A stretch of DNA of 63,316 bases, counting the filler, from Octopus bimaculoides (lineage: Eukaryota): NCBI RefSeq assembly GCF_001194135.2. It is 4 parts of 4 records of this genome, joined end to end, with 100 filler letters (N's around TTAATTAATTAA, not from the genome) between each part and the next. Parts side by side here need not be neighbours in the genome. Positions count along the whole stretch, not along the records: positions 1 to 24,032 come from NC_068981.1; positions 24,133 to 50,760 come from NC_068990.1; 2 more parts are not named here. One strand, given 5' to 3'. A model generated the notes under the pieces. It ran no database searches. It was given only the letters and a program-made list of their open reading frames with translations, and had not been told where the DNA came from. This document shows positions 23,336 to 37,040 of this stretch, in pieces. The position numbers and the translations under genes are program-made. Within the stretch, counting starts at the first letter, position 1, and each line of letters starts with the position of its first letter.

Positions 23336-24132
23336 CTAGATATCATTACATGAAATTCGGGTATGAGACCTTCTTGTAGTCATGAAGATAATATATGAAA
23401 CCTTTGTATGGTAATGAAGAATGGTGGAGTCGTAGGGAGGAGTTGTGAGGTATGTTTTGACTGGTGTTCACAAGTGATGATTATGATTTTTGTTCTGGTT
23501 ATTAAGATATTTCTATGACCAAATTGACTGGAGTCTAGGCTTCACAAACAAAAATATTGCGTTATAACATCATGCAGTTAGCATCTTTCTAACAGTCTTC
23601 CTACGCTCATAAAAATGGTGTAGCGTTAAGGGGAGTAACTCTAACAGTAAAAAAAAAAGCTGGTCGTCATGGTAGCAGACATGTATAGGAAAGTTGGTTA
23701 TACATCATTAGATGTATACCTGACTTTCCTATATAAAGTTAATGAATATAACGGAACGCTGAACTCCAGACTATCAACTTAAACAACACTTTATTTAGGT
23801 GGTGAAATATATACATCTTTAGTTCTTGTTGTTACAGCTTCTGTTGTGTGTGAGCATAGTTGTTGGGACGTGGGTATGTAGTTGCAAGCGAGCTGTCGAG
23901 TGTAAGTCCGAAAGATGTAAAGAGACAGCTTATCACGTCCATACTCATGGTCGGCCGACCGTAAAAGAGGAAGATTAAAGCGGGAACGCTTGGCTGTTTA
24001 ATTCCACGCATGCGTGAGACCACTTATGCGCANNNNNNNNNNNNNNNNNNNNNNNNNNNNNNNNNNNNNNNNNNNNTTAATTAATTAANNNNNNNNNNNN
24101 NNNNNNNNNNNNNNNNNNNNNNNNNNNNNNNN

Positions 24133-24324
24133 ATATATATATATATATATATATATATACGACGGGCTTCGAGTTCCCGTCTACCAAATCCACTCACAAG
24201 GCTTCGGTCGGCCCGAGGCTATATATAGTAGATGACTCCAGCCCAAGGCGTCACGCAGTGGAACTGAACCCGGGACCGTGTGGTTGGTAAGCAAGCTACT
24301 GACCACACAGCCACTCCTGCGCCT
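24133..24324 (-). mobile_element. SINE family A, 5' half (rest lost at an assembly join)
   Basis: aggcgcaggagtggctgtgtggtcagtagcttgcttaccaacc... on the minus strand. Confidence 0.9.
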
Positions 24325-25088
24325 CAGTCATTAGATAGACGTTAAGCTGAAACACACCTCTCAAACTGATCAGTCGCTCATAAGAATCTTATTACGTATT
24401 TTGGTCTTGTGCACACCAATATTCGTTTCTCGAGAAACTAGTTTACCGAACATAAGGGGTTCACACATGAAAGGTAACTGAGCATTGGCTTTGGGATAGA
24501 TCGATTTAAGATTCCTACGAATGTTGATATATATTTGTTTCCATGCACTCTTTTCAAATATACTACTCCAGGTTGTCTTTTCTAATTTAATTTGCATGAA
24601 ACTGAGCATGGACCATTAAGATATTAAATTTTAGCGTATTTCATTATCATAAGATATCACATTTCAGTCTTCGAGCAACTTCTGCAATACCGAATTATAG
24701 TACATTAGAGATCTTCAATAACCGAGATAAAATAACTCGATACGATATAGATTTAAATAATTTTATACAAAACAGGAGTTTTGTAAATTGTATGAATAAT
24801 CATGTTTTGTTATTCAAAAACAATAAGTGAATGAAAAGAATATTTAATTTCTTACAAAATGAAATAAATGTATGAAAAATATCTTTTTTAGTGATACCAA
24901 ACCACGTTTCACTATTATATGACCCTATCCGAAGTAGTCACGCTAGGAATTTTCGAATAGTTCAAGGAAAATGCTGATTTATAATATCAAGATATTGAAT
25001 GTGATATGCAGCTTTAAAAAAGATTTAGACTTAAGTGACTGTAAATTATTCTTTTTCGGGGTACACTGATGTTTAGCTGTTAATCATT

Positions 25089-26950
25089 TCAAAATATCTC
25101 TGTAAATGTATAATAGTTTTGGTAGTAGATCATTGGTTGTGACCGAGTGTTTAAAATAGAATTCATATTGATTAAAATATTCATTTCTTCTGCAAGACAA
25201 AGATCACAGCAATAATATCTATATTTATAAGTTATGATCAACGTTATTTTCCGAATGATATACTTCTGATTTCTTAAAAGAAAAAAAAAATTCTTAGAAA
25301 TCAAATGTACTTTTACAGACTTGTGTCTAATGACATTTCAGGTTTTTTGAATGAATATTGATGTTGATTAATCTTAACTTAAAAGCATTATCACCTGTAA
25401 AACTTTTTCGAAACAAATTGTTTAATGGCCAATTTAGGTAGTTAAGAGTATTGTACATACGGGAAGTTCTGTATATAGATACCTTTGTAAGATATTTATT
25501 ATAAATATTTGGTATTTATATCAAAAAGTTATGTGTACACTTAAAATTTAACTAACTTATTTTATATTAAAATTCACATAATATTTATAATTGCTCGTAA
25601 AATATTTATCTAATATGTTAAGGAAACGTTTAATGATACTTTTACTCACATTAAGATTGAGTGGAGCATTACAACAAATAATTACACGTTTTCTAGTTTT
25701 CTGTGTCTGAGAAATAATGGTGTTATTTAGGTAATTAATGTTATCATTAAAAGCACTAAGTTCCAACGCTTCTCTGTAACACGATAGTGTGTTGCTGAAG
25801 GAAGATATACCAAATGATATACTACATAACCTTATACAGATATCATCCAGAAAATTCTTAATGACAACAAGCAGGTGATTTAAAGATATTCTTCTGATCT
25901 CAAACTTTTCATTTGGCTTCATAAATAGTATCGATGTGTTTGCTTTGCAATCTAAGGTGATATTTCAGCATTTAATGATAGGTTGTTGTGTATCAAGTAT
26001 AGTATTTACGCCTACGTATTTAAATAAGCAAAAAGGATTGTTTTGGGGTTTATTGAACTGTTTGGCATTCATTTCTGTATGATAGTCCAAACCTCGTCAC
26101 AGTAGTAAGCCACCTCAAATTAAACTTCGTAAACTATGCAAATATATGAATTCTTAATTTCTATAGCATTTCGGCAACCTAAAGCTGAATAAAAAAGTTA
26201 TCATTCTTCACGTAAAGAAATTGTTACTGAGCATGATTATTTTTACACCAAAACAATTGAAATATAATTGCCGACGAAAATTAATGATTTTGCAGCAAAG
26301 TTTCGCTTACCAAGGGATCACGCTGGCAAAATTTATATACATACATGTTATATCGATACTTATTATATAGATTCATTTATTGAACAAAATAGCTATAATG
26401 TTATTTCTATAATTAGATTAGTTGCTTTACAGTCTAAAGGATAGTAGTTTATAAAACATTTTGCTTGCTATACCCAACTTGGTTTTGACAAAATTTATTA
26501 ACCCATAATTTTGGTTAATAGCAAAGATGTTTCTGATCCTTAAATGTTGTGTAAAGTTCAAGACATTCAAATGTACCGTCCCCTTCGAAATTATCTTTGC
26601 TCCTTAATTAGTGGAATTGTGTCACATTTAAAATAGATTATATTTATACAGAGATAAGAAAATCTATTTCAAATGTTGTTAATTTTCTTTAACTAACTTT
26701 CTTTTTCTGCTTGTTTAGAGTGAACAAAACTGTTGTGAACTTTGAATTATTTTCAACTATTTCTTCAATATCTGCTGAAATTCGTTTGTTGTAATTTAAA
26801 CTTTTAATCTGCGAATTAAATCAAAAACGTATACGTTGAATAGAACCTATCATATTATAAAATAACATTTCTGAATCTTCACGAAGAAGTTGTCTTAGAC
26901 TACAATTATATCTATGGAAGAAGTATATTTTCAGTACATTCTCCTTATAA
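25089..26950 (-). mobile_element. Decayed Penelope-like element (RT + GIY-YIG endonuclease)
   Basis: Minus-strand remnants: EFQQILKK, TKLGIASK, GL.YCDE (YxDD position), MKPNEK...SLNH, KTRKRVII..NAP.N.NVSKSIIKRFLNILDKYF, WPLNN, FKLR.NQHQYSF...TSL*KYI, CDLCLAEE.NIL...ILNTRS. The order matches PLE ORFs. Confidence 0.85.
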
Positions 26951-27956
26951 ATTGGCAGCGTATTTTGTGAAACGGTTTCTACATCGATTCTTTAAATAGA
27001 TATCGATAGTAATTGTCCAGAAATCCAGCGGATGTAGTATCATTCACTACGTATACCAAAGTCATTTTACATATGAGATATATACTATCAACGAAATCAT
27101 AAATATTATAATATGTTTTGTATGAATAATGTTAATAAAATTTTCAATTGTAAAAATATTATTATTAACGAAACATAATAAAAAATATCAATAGAAAACA
27201 ATTTTAAAATGTACCCTGCAACCGTTTTTCCGGTATGTGTGATTGTCCTTAGCAACAAAATTTGTCAATTAACTGTGCATCATATAATTTGCTTTGCAAA
27301 ATCGATGTTTATTGCCAAAATGTATTTACAGATGATTATCCTGTTCCTAAGAAATATATCGTTTTTGATTGTGATACCTTTGAAGTTATTATTTAATCAA
27401 TATCTAATAAACAAGCTACATCAGGCAATTAAAAGAAAAATGGTACTGATTTCTATATTAGCTGGAAGCTTACCGAAAACACCTGGCCGTATATGGATGA
27501 TATCAGAGATGCAAGCTCTGCATTTCAAAACAGAAGATAATCTCGCAGAATTTGCGGAAACAAATGCGGAGATTCAAGACGGATATATTCACCGTTAGCG
27601 TACACCAGATTAAATTCATTGTTCCACACTGGGCATGACCTTCAGAGTTCGATTCCTCTCAAGGATGCCCATTGCCATTTCAAGTTCTTTATATTTCTTT
27701 TATCAATAATCTATTACTTAATGAGTTCCTACAAATCTCTATAAGAAGGAATACTATGAATATGCACTTTTGAATGAAGCGATTTTTAGTATATTTATTA
27801 GAAGAAAACGACTCACATAGTTTCGCATTATAAATATTTAAGCAATGATTATCAATATAAAAAAGATACTCCAGTGGAATTTACAGAAAATTTAATCAGT
27901 ATGACTTTCATTATGTGCGTGCATAAAGTAAACGTTGGGAGATACGATAACAAGAC

Positions 27957-28310
27957 AGTGGCTGTGTGGTAAGAAGGCTGCTTCCCAACCATATGGTTCC
28001 CGTTTCAGCCCCATTGCGGTTCAACTTGGGCAAGTGTCTTGTAATGCCGGCTCGGGCAGACCAAAGCCTTATGAATGGATTTGGTAGACGGACACTGCTG
28101 AAAGAAGCCTGTGTATACATGTATAAATACAAGTGTGTGTCATTGTGTCTTTATTTGACTCCCACCACCCCTTGACAAGCGGTGATGGTGTGTTTACGTC
28201 TTCGTAATTTAGTGTATCAGTGAAAGAGACCGATAGAGTAAGTACCAGGCTTTAAAAAAATAAGTCCTGGGGTCAATTTGCTCTACTAAGATCCTTTGAG
28301 GCGGTGCCAG
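27957..28310 (+). mobile_element. SINE family A
   Basis: gtggctgtgtggtaagaaggctgcttcccaacc...aagtcctggggtcaatttgctctactaag. Confidence 0.9.
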
Positions 28311-29714
28311 TGTAGTAAAAAAGGGGCATGATGAGGTAAAAAGAGCTTTTTACAAGTGAAGGTTCCAGATATACAGGCGATAAAACTTTATGCAGATAAT
28401 TGCAAGATATAGCCAATTTGACATATGGATATATGAGTGTGTGAGTGTGTGCGGGTTTATGTGTATCAGCATGTGATGTGTTCGTACGTATGCACATGTG
28501 TATATGTGCATGTAAATATATGTGTTTCACAGTGTTTGAATACGCCGAAAGTCATGTTTGTCAGGCTGGAACTCAGTGGATCCAATCACCATACAAACGT
28601 GAAGAAAGTGGATTCTGCTCTCTTTCATTCATATACACCAGAAACATCAGGTACCAGTTATATAACTCTCCGCTCCTTTACCTCACTTTCTCAAATTTTC
28701 TTTTCTATATACATATGAGCGTCAGTATGCGTGTGTGTTGTAATGCATAAACGCTTACACACGTGTGTATGTATCACCTTCTCCTCTCGTTTCTCAGATG
28801 GGTACACTACCAGCTTTCCTTCTATCGCTCTTTAATCAGGTGTTTCGCCTAGCTTACATGTAACATGTATGAACGTGATATATAATTGAATGAAACGAAC
28901 ACCAAATTGTATTTTTGCTATAGTACTGAAGATGTAAGCGAGAGGGCGCATATAAATACACGCATAAAGCGTACAGATACCAACTATATTAACTGCGTTC
29001 TTATCACTACATGACGCAGTTCGAATAATACGCGTTAGCTTGTATTCGTTGTTTAATTCCATGTAAAATAGAAGAGATGCATATGGAACTGGTAGCAGAG
29101 CATGCATTATCTGGCAACAGTTCGTTCTTTCTGCAGGATTTAAATATAGGAATATGATTTTAACTTTAGGTATACACCTGATAGTATGCCGTTTAAAGTA
29201 AGCTCACAGTATTCGGCTAGCTGATTTCATCAACAGTATGGATACAAATGTCACTAGATTTCTTCAGGTTTTCTGTTGTGTCCATCGGATTTATAACATA
29301 TGAGAGAAAGAGAAAGAAAATGGAAGAAACAGGTTCAAACGATCGTTGTGTACTATAAAGAATCTCGCGAAGTTCATTTTTCTTTCTCATATGCTATATA
29401 TACATCATGTAATGAATGACAATAGAAAGGAAGCTACGTTATCACTTTAATTAGCTTACAGCTGTTTCTACTATAAGAAGAATTGTAGACAGAACTGAGA
29501 ATATATACATACATACATACATACATATATACATACATATATACATACATACATATATACATATATGTTGGATATAAATGTAGAGCACTGCTTATTATTC
29601 AGTGTATTCTTTATTCCATCATTGTTTTATTGAACCGCTAGGTTACGGGACTCCAAACAAGTTACAAGCTTGAACTCGGTCTTCAGCCAACTTGTTAGAG
29701 ATAAACAGTGAATG

Positions 29715-30015
29715 CTCATAACTTAGCGGTTTGGGTATTCGGCTGGTGATCGTAAGGTCATGAGTTCAATTCATGGCTGCAGGTTATGTCTTTGCACAAG
29801 ACACTTTATTTCACGTTATTGAAGTAAACGCAGCTGGCAAAGGTAGGTAGTACCTGTATTTTAAGTGACCAGCCTTGTCACGTTCTACATCACACTGAAT
29901 CACCCTTTACAATTGCTGCAAGGTTACACGTGTTTATGATACACTTAGCCACTTGCACGTTAATTTCATGAGCAAGTTGTTTGTTCCGTTGGTCGTATCA
30001 ACTGAGTTGTCGTAG
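29715..30015 (+). mobile_element. SINE family C (tRNA-like head, CORE-like segment)
   Basis: cttagcggtttgggtattcggctg...gagttcaattc...gtctttgcacaagacactttatttcac...cagccttgtcac...gccacttgcacgttaatttc. Confidence 0.65.
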
Positions 30016-30584
30016 CAAGTGTCGGAGTGTCAGAAGAGATAGACCGAACACAAAGAAGCAAATACGCACACGAGCACGCACATATATTCATGACAAGTCT
30101 CTAAGGCATAACACGACTTCGAAATACGGAAAAATAACATCTACATTGGGTGCCATGCATTGAGACCGAACGCGAAGCCACATGAATGCAAAGCAAATTT
30201 CTCAACCATATAGTTATGCCTCGTCTCTATTGATTCAACCGTATCAAGCGGATGAAAATGTAAGCAATTCTCCGATTGTATCTATTCATTTTGCTGAAAA
30301 GAATATGAAATATAAAAAAGATACAATACAACATTAACACCACAAGATCAATAGAAAAGTGTACGACCATAGAACGCTGACTATTTTCCTTTATCTCGCT
30401 ATTGATCATTAACAGCAGCTACCTGATGGACTTACACATTCAAACTAATTACTAAAGACTGCAAACCACTAATCTTCCTTAATAACTGCCATTCGCTGAA
30501 AACCTATAAAAGACAAAACCATAAGACAAATATCGGAAACATTTATCTTAATGCTTTTCTTTTTTCTTTTGTTATCGCTATATA

Positions 30585-30682
30585 TGTATGTATATATATG
30601 TGTGTGTGTGCGTGCGTGCGTAAAATGTGTGGGGGGGTGCATACATATATACACTTACGTATGCTAATACATATATATAAAC

Positions 30683-30721
<39 letters not shown>

Positions 30722-31129
30722 CATATGCATATATACATACATACACATATATATACATACATATGTATATATATATAAATATATATATATATANNNNNNN
30801 NNNNNNNNNNNNNNNNNNNNNNNNNNNNNNNNNNNNNNNNNNNNNNNNNNNNNNNNNNNNNNNNNNNNNNNNNNNNNNNNNNNNNNNNNNNNNNNNNNNN
30901 NNNNNNNNNNNNNNNNNNNNNNNNNNNNNNNNNNNNNNNNNNNNNNNNNNNNNNNNNNNNNNNNNNNNNNNNNNNNNNNNNNNNNNNNNNNNNNNNNNNN
31001 NNNNNNNNNNNNNNNNNNNNNNNNNNNNNNNNNNNNNNNNNNNNNNNNNNNNNNNNNNNNNNNNNNNNNNNNNNNNNNNNNNNNNNNNNNNNNNNNNNNN
31101 NNNNNNNNNNNNNNNNNNNNNNNNNNNNN

Positions 31130-31165
<36 letters not shown>

Positions 31166-31265
31166 TTATACATACATATATACATTTATGTGCGTATTTA
31201 TATTCTAATGTATGTGTGTGTGTGTCTGTATGCATGCGTGCTTGTGTCTGCGTGTATGCGTGTAT
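30585..31265. repeat. (TG)/(TA)/(TACA) microsatellites around an N gap (30794-31129)
   Basis: Direct inspection. Confidence 0.9.
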
Positions 31266-32459
31266 GTGTTGCGAGTATGTTTTCTTTGTTTTATTGGATT
31301 TTTTGACTTTGTTTTTCCTTCTTTTTTGTCTTGTTTTCGTAATGTTCTTTTTCCTTTTCCTCTCTTCTCAAATATTTAAATTTTTTTACTCATTTTGTTG
31401 ATGAAATTTTATTTGTATGAAATTGCAAAACTTTTATTTACAAAATTATATTATTTAAGAATTGCTCTAAAAAAATAAATTTTCGCAACAGATGGTAATT
31501 CTGTTTTGAGAATATTTATAGTAGAGGGATGAGGTTGCTTTTGATTTATTTTTGGTTTCTTCTCTACAACCATTTTCTAAATTTTAATACTTTGAATATT
31601 TGTTTGAAATTTATAGATAAGTACCATCTAATCTATCATGTAGGAGACATGGCACCGATGTTCTTACTGAAATGCATTCTTGTAAGCAGTCACATATGCT
31701 ATGCAATCAGTGAACACATCAATTAGATTACCCTGCACACATAATATTAAATTTTTGGAATCAGACTCGCAATTAAAAAAATATCAAGTTTACTGCATTG
31801 CATCTTAAATATTAAACTATGATATCAATATAGAATTCTATACTATACATGCTGAAATTTTACTAAGTTTTTGGTTTTATACATGATTGTTATCTTTGTT
31901 GCAATTTCAGCAACTGTTTCTGGAGTCTGATGCGCATGAGAAAAATGTCATCAATGCGGTTTGAGAGTAATTTATTTTATGGCATCATTATAATTCTGAA
32001 CCTCACCTTAGTGAGATCGAAACTCAGAGGAACATTTGAATTCTTCCTTGTTGGTTCTCTGCTATATGTATTCCTTTCCTCTTTTTTGACATCGGACACT
32101 GGTCATGCTCTAGTCATAGCACCTAAGCGGAAGTCGAACTGATAATTTAAAATAATATAACTAAATATCAATTGATCTGTGTCCTATATTCAACTCATTC
32201 TCCTCGCTTTATAAAACAAATTTAAACCGGTTGAGGACATGATGTTCCCAATAATTCGGTACATAATACATTCTTGTATTTAATACAAATGTTTACATGA
32301 TATTCATATACATTGGAAACCAAAATATATCTCTTATTACTGTTAAAGCGACTAAATGGCAGAATCTTCAGCGCGTCTGAAAAATTACTTAGCAAACAAC
32401 ATTTCTTTTGCTTGTTGCATGATAGCGACTAAATATCGCTTGAATTTATATATATATAT

Positions 32460-32596
32460 TACGAACAGAAGCGAGCTACGGCCATCTCTAGCAGACGAGG
32501 TGTCCAGCACCGAGGAAGGGCAGAAATAGTTCGAAGCCAGTCTGGTCTGCCGGTCCTATCGCTAAAAGGTGGTAAGGGTTCGCTCTCCTGCTCGTA
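32460..32596. mobile_element. Possible ~135-bp MITE beside (TA)n
   Basis: tacgaacagaagcga versus reverse complement of right end tacgagcaggagagcgaa; GC-rich interior in AT-rich context. Confidence 0.4.
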
Positions 32597-32642
32597 GTAT
32601 ATTGGATGTAGGTTGCATAGTTAACCAGCTATAGAAAATGTT

Positions 32643-33012
32643 CAGGTGTGGCTGTAGTGTAAGTAAAGAAGTTTGTCTATCAACTAAATGGTTCTAGGTT
32701 CAGTCCCACTGCCTGTCACCTTGGTCATGTGTCTCCTACTATAGTCTCAGGCCTACCAACACCTTGTGAGTGGATTTGGTAGGTGGTAATAACTCGTATA
32801 TATGTATACATCAACGTGTGTGTCTCTGTGTTTGTGTTTGCCCCCAACCAGCAATCGACAACCGGTGCTTGTGTATTTACGTCCCCGATAAGGTAAGTAC
32901 TAATCTTCAAAAATAATAAGTCCTAGTGTCGATTTTTTCGACTAAAATCATTCAAGGCAGTACTCCAGCATTCCCGCAGTCAAATAACCGAAACAAATGA
33001 AAGGTATAAGAT
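32643..33012 (+). mobile_element. SINE family A (diverged)
   Basis: caggtgtggctgtag...ggttcagtcccactg...cagcattcccgcagtcaaataaccgaaac. Confidence 0.85.
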
Positions 33013-33029
33013 ATTACATATGTATAAAC

Positions 33030-33290
33030 GGTGGTTGTCTACTCCATATGCAGAATTTGACCACCTCCTGTACCTACATCTTAGAACCATCATGGCATCT
33101 GATGTGTCTTTCTAAACCCGACAATGGTTTGAAAAGACACCCACATAGATTGCACATCCGATTTAGACCACCAAGATCTGCAAATAAGTTCTGATTTTTG
33201 TGGATCATAAAATGTCTTTGAGGCCTCTTTTGAACAGACATATAGGCAGAATAGTTGGTGGAGGTACGTTTTCTATAGGTTTGCACGCTT
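33030..33290 (-). mobile_element. RTE-like LINE 3' end with a C2H2 finger (paralog of 50409-50760)
   Basis: CNLCGCLFKPLSGLERHIRCH then stop, then gtacaggaggtggtcaaattctg...gagtagacaaccacc, nearly identical to the 3' UTR at 50409-50455. Confidence 0.8.
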
Positions 33291-33309
33291 TTTTCGGTTT
33301 CCATCCAGC

Positions 33310-33444
33310 TAAGTCACTCAGAAGGATCTGGTTAGCCCGAGGCTATAGTAGGCCACGCTCACCGAAGCTACCACACAGTGGGTCTGAACCCAGCACCATG
33401 TGGTTGGGAAGTAAAATTCTTACCACACAATCACGTTTGCGCCT
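33310..33444 (-). mobile_element. SINE family A head
   Basis: aggcgcaaacgtgattgtgtggtaagaattttacttcccaaccacatgg on the minus strand. Confidence 0.8.
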
Positions 33445-34419
33445 ACACTATGTATTTCATAATACTTGGTCACGCATATTCTTTGGTCAATCAGCAATTT
33501 TGCCCGATCAACAAAAATTAAACCGTGAGTAATGTTTTTGGTTACCGAAAGAGAACATACTAACGGTCGGGCCTCAATTTGCTCGAAACAATCTAATTGC
33601 TGATATTTCCATCAACTTTTCAATGAACGTGATTAAGAAACAACGCAGAACACAATGGACTCCATTTTAGCTGTCTTAAACGACGCACGTTTTGGTGAAT
33701 ATCTATTTGTCTCCATCAGTATGAAGATGCGTTTTCATCTGTGCAAAATTCAACGTTAATTCAAAGACATTCACTCAATTTTAATTTTAATATTTTTGCC
33801 TGGCTTCTCTCTACGTAAGGCTCATACTACACAGCAATATACCCAAACTACTTCATTTTTTGTTTTTACGGGTCAAGTCAAATAACAGGTTTCTTACAAT
33901 ACAAATATATTATGTGAGTGTGTAAAACAAATATTTATGAAGGTTCACATAGACACATTGTTGATATAGTAAATTAAGATACGACTTATTCCATCTATGA
34001 AATATGTCCTCTTTCAAACCTGTACTATCTAACCATATATTGCCTAGTTATTGGTGCATCATTATAGCCAGCTGGTGAGAAGATATATTTTTCTGTTATG
34101 TAGAAAATAATATGAAAACACACACAGCACTCATTATATTGCTATCACTAACAACATTCATTTCCTTTCCAGCACATGAGTGAAAAGACAGATGGGGGCA
34201 GATGCTGAAGCACAATTAGAATGGATTTATATTCTAAATCTTCTGCATAAAAGATTTTCTGCATCAAGAGAAAGAAGTGATAGATGCAATTGACTTTGTG
34301 GCTAACAAAACGTGAGTGAATAGGAGTTTGATACATAATGCATGAACAGAAATCAGTAACATAAATGTAAAGAGAGTTGAAGACAAGAAACAAATGAGAA
34401 AACATACAGCGTATTTCTT

Positions 34420-36600
34420 CAAGAACAAAACGAAATGTTACTATCAGAAATCGAGCCATCTAGTCAAGAACACACCGTAAAGATTCCGATTTCATCCAAG
34501 CCTGTGTGAGATTCATGAATTACTAACAATCTCAAAAGTGATCTTATAGGAAATTTCTGATAAAGAGAAATTTCTGATAAAAACGAATCAATGATAAAAC
34601 GAATGGATTTGACATCAGAAATTTAACACAGTGAGACGTAGTGAGTCTTGCAAAACTTAAAGGCTTTGTTCACTTGTTCACTTGCTGAAAAAACTTTTGA
34701 CCATTAGTGAGCAGCATTTTTTATGAGTCGACATCGGAGGAATAAGAAGCGTGAAATGTTTGAAATAGATAGCCTTGTGTGGAGTGTCAAGAAGAAAATC
34801 ATATTTTGTTTATCTTGTCGCATATTTAGAAAAGGTGGAGTTATGTCTTCTGTTTTAAAAGAGAATGAATAATCCACCACAGAAATATGGAAAAAATTGT
34901 GCCTGCATTTCTGAACATAAATGTAATAACTATAAACTGATTCTTGTATCATGGAGAGAGCTCGAATGGACAGTTGTATTGAACATTTACTGCATAAACA
35001 AATTGTAGCAAAGCAGGCAAACTGGATTAATATTTTACATCGTTTAATTGACATTTTATATTCAGGTGAAAGTGGGTTAGAATTCCGTACTACCTCTCAT
35101 ATGATTAGCGGTGTTCACAATGGTAACTTCCTGGGGCTGGTTGAACTCTTGTCTCATTAAGATCGCATACTTGAAGCCCGTGTCAAGAAGGTCAAAGAAA
35201 GCCACGAAAAAGGAGAAAGATTACAAGAACATTATTTGTCAGCTGAATCACAAAACAAATTCATTTCTCTTTGCTCTCTTCTCGTTTGGAAACACACACT
35301 CTCTGAAAGATCAAAGGCATAATACTATTAAATAATATTTAATGCAACACTGATTCTGCTCATGTCGTATAGACAACATTTATCATACGTTACCCTTCAT
35401 TGTATAGATTATGAGTTTCAGATTCAAGAAATATTTCTCTTTCGAAGAGTGTTATGGAGATAGAGTGTGTTCTGAAATCGTAAACCTCATAAAGGAAGCA
35501 TTGACAAAAATAGCATTCTTATAGAAAATTGCAAATGTCAGTGACATAACATTGGTATCATTAAAATAGCCAAACAAAAGGGAGTACGAGAATATTACTT
35601 ATCGAAATTATTTCTCTAATTCCTAACCATGCGAATGCATTACATGGAAATGTTTAACAAGTAATCATTAGATTTCTGTACTTACGTACTTACTCTTTTC
35701 TCGGAATTAATAAAATTCAACATAATGCTATTTTCCTCGATTCCAAAAAGACACAGGTATGTGGCTACCATTCGTATCCTGCATTAATTGCCTAGTACTC
35801 AGCTAGAATTCCAAGAAGGAAATCTTATGTTCAAATCTCAATGATATCCGTGTATCTCTGCAGGATGTTCTGAAACTAAACTGGCACCAGAAATGTAATG
35901 ACATGAGGTTTTGAAAGAATATTTTCTTCTAGATGCCTATTTCCTTTATCATACTGGTTCGACAATCTAGCTGCCATTACGAACATGGTAATATTTATTA
36001 TAAGTAATAGATGCCACAGCTGAAATGGTCATCGAAAACGTCCAGTAAATATGTTTAAATTTTTTTTTTCTCAGACAATAAACACATGTCACTAAGTCTG
36101 CAAATTGAATTGTATCTATAAATAAATGAAAGCAAGCGAAACAAGTTTCATTTGTTTTTCAATGAGAACCAGTCAAGTGATGAAATCCAGAATAATGTTC
36201 CTGCAGAATCATTCCCCCTAAGAGCTGTTTTTATGTCATTCTCGATTGGCTTAACAAGAAAATTTTAAACTGTATAGAACGTTTCTGATATATTTCGTTC
36301 ATCTGGCGATGCTTGTTTATACTGGAAAATCTTTTAACCACAAATTGCGTGTCATTTACAGAAGTTCCCAAAACTGATGTCGACATGAAACTATGACGCC
36401 TTGAGGAGCTATTACTTATAAATATGAATTAATTCATCAAAATACACAATAACAAGTTGAAAAACTTCGTTTGGAGCCACTCTGAGGAACACAAAGAAAT
36501 GTAAACAAAATGTTCTGTCTTAACGTGGGTAGAAAACTATGGATGCGATTTGTAATCTTTTTTTCCTTCTTTTTTTCTTGAAGGAAATACAGCTACATTT
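34420..36600 (+). mobile_element. Decayed hAT transposase (ZMYM1-like/DUF4371 type)
   Basis: FCLSCRIF, WKKL, INILHRLID, HNGNFLGLVELLSH, KVKESHEKGERLQEHYLSAESQNKFISLCS, TDSAHV..TTFIIRY, IENCKCQ; many stops and indels; termini not found. Confidence 0.85.
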
Positions 36601-36782
36601 TGTGCGTGGGAGTGTTTGACAGATTACGACATAACCGAAATGAGCAGTCTAATTTTTCTAAACATATTTCGCTAATATCACAATTAATGAATTAATAATA
36701 CACACATTTTCAGGTATATTATCACTGAAGATTTCACTTAGTTTAATGTACAGTGTATGATTAATTAATACAATTATATTGA

Positions 36783-37040
36783 GAGGACGAAGCTCCTGTT
36801 CTACGGACATATGATAAGCCGGATTCTTCGAGCGAACCGGCCAAGAAAGAAATGGCTGGCTAAGATCAATAGTCTTAGCTGGTTGCGCTTGGGAATCCAG
36901 CTGGAAAAATCTAACAACTGTTGCTCTTGATAGGACTTTAAGGGGCAGGTATTTGAGGATTCTCCCTACGTGACCCTCTCAGGAATAACTGTCGAAGAAG
37001 GTAGTTGGTTGGTTGGTTGGTTGGTTGGTTGGTTGGTTGG
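36783..37040 (+). mobile_element. RTE-like LINE 3' end with (TTGG)n tail
   Basis: RTKLLFYGHMI..RPRKKWL resembles the RTE C-terminal RLRWFGHV...GRPRKRW; ends in (TTGG)9. Confidence 0.6.

Noticed and set aside
23690-24032. Possible minus-strand LTR fragment next to the Gypsy pol relic
   Set aside because: An AATAAA and LTR-like composition are present, but termini and TSD cannot be defined and it runs into an assembly join.
24033-24132. TTAATTAATTAA islands inside N runs (also 50761-50860 and 61876-61975)
   Set aside because: Each is exactly 44 N + 12 bp + 44 N = 100 bp with stops in all six frames: an assembly/scaffolding spacer. Adjacency across these joins is not guaranteed.
24895-24940. 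Possible decayed hammerhead downstream of the Penelope-like ORF (minus strand cggatag-ggtc-atataat-agt-gaaacgt)
   Set aside because: The position is suggestive, but the core has three changes and stem II does not pair; not supportable from this copy.
31911-32142. Acceptor-like site followed by short ORFs
   Set aside because: No frame gives a recognisable protein, and no clear donor was found.
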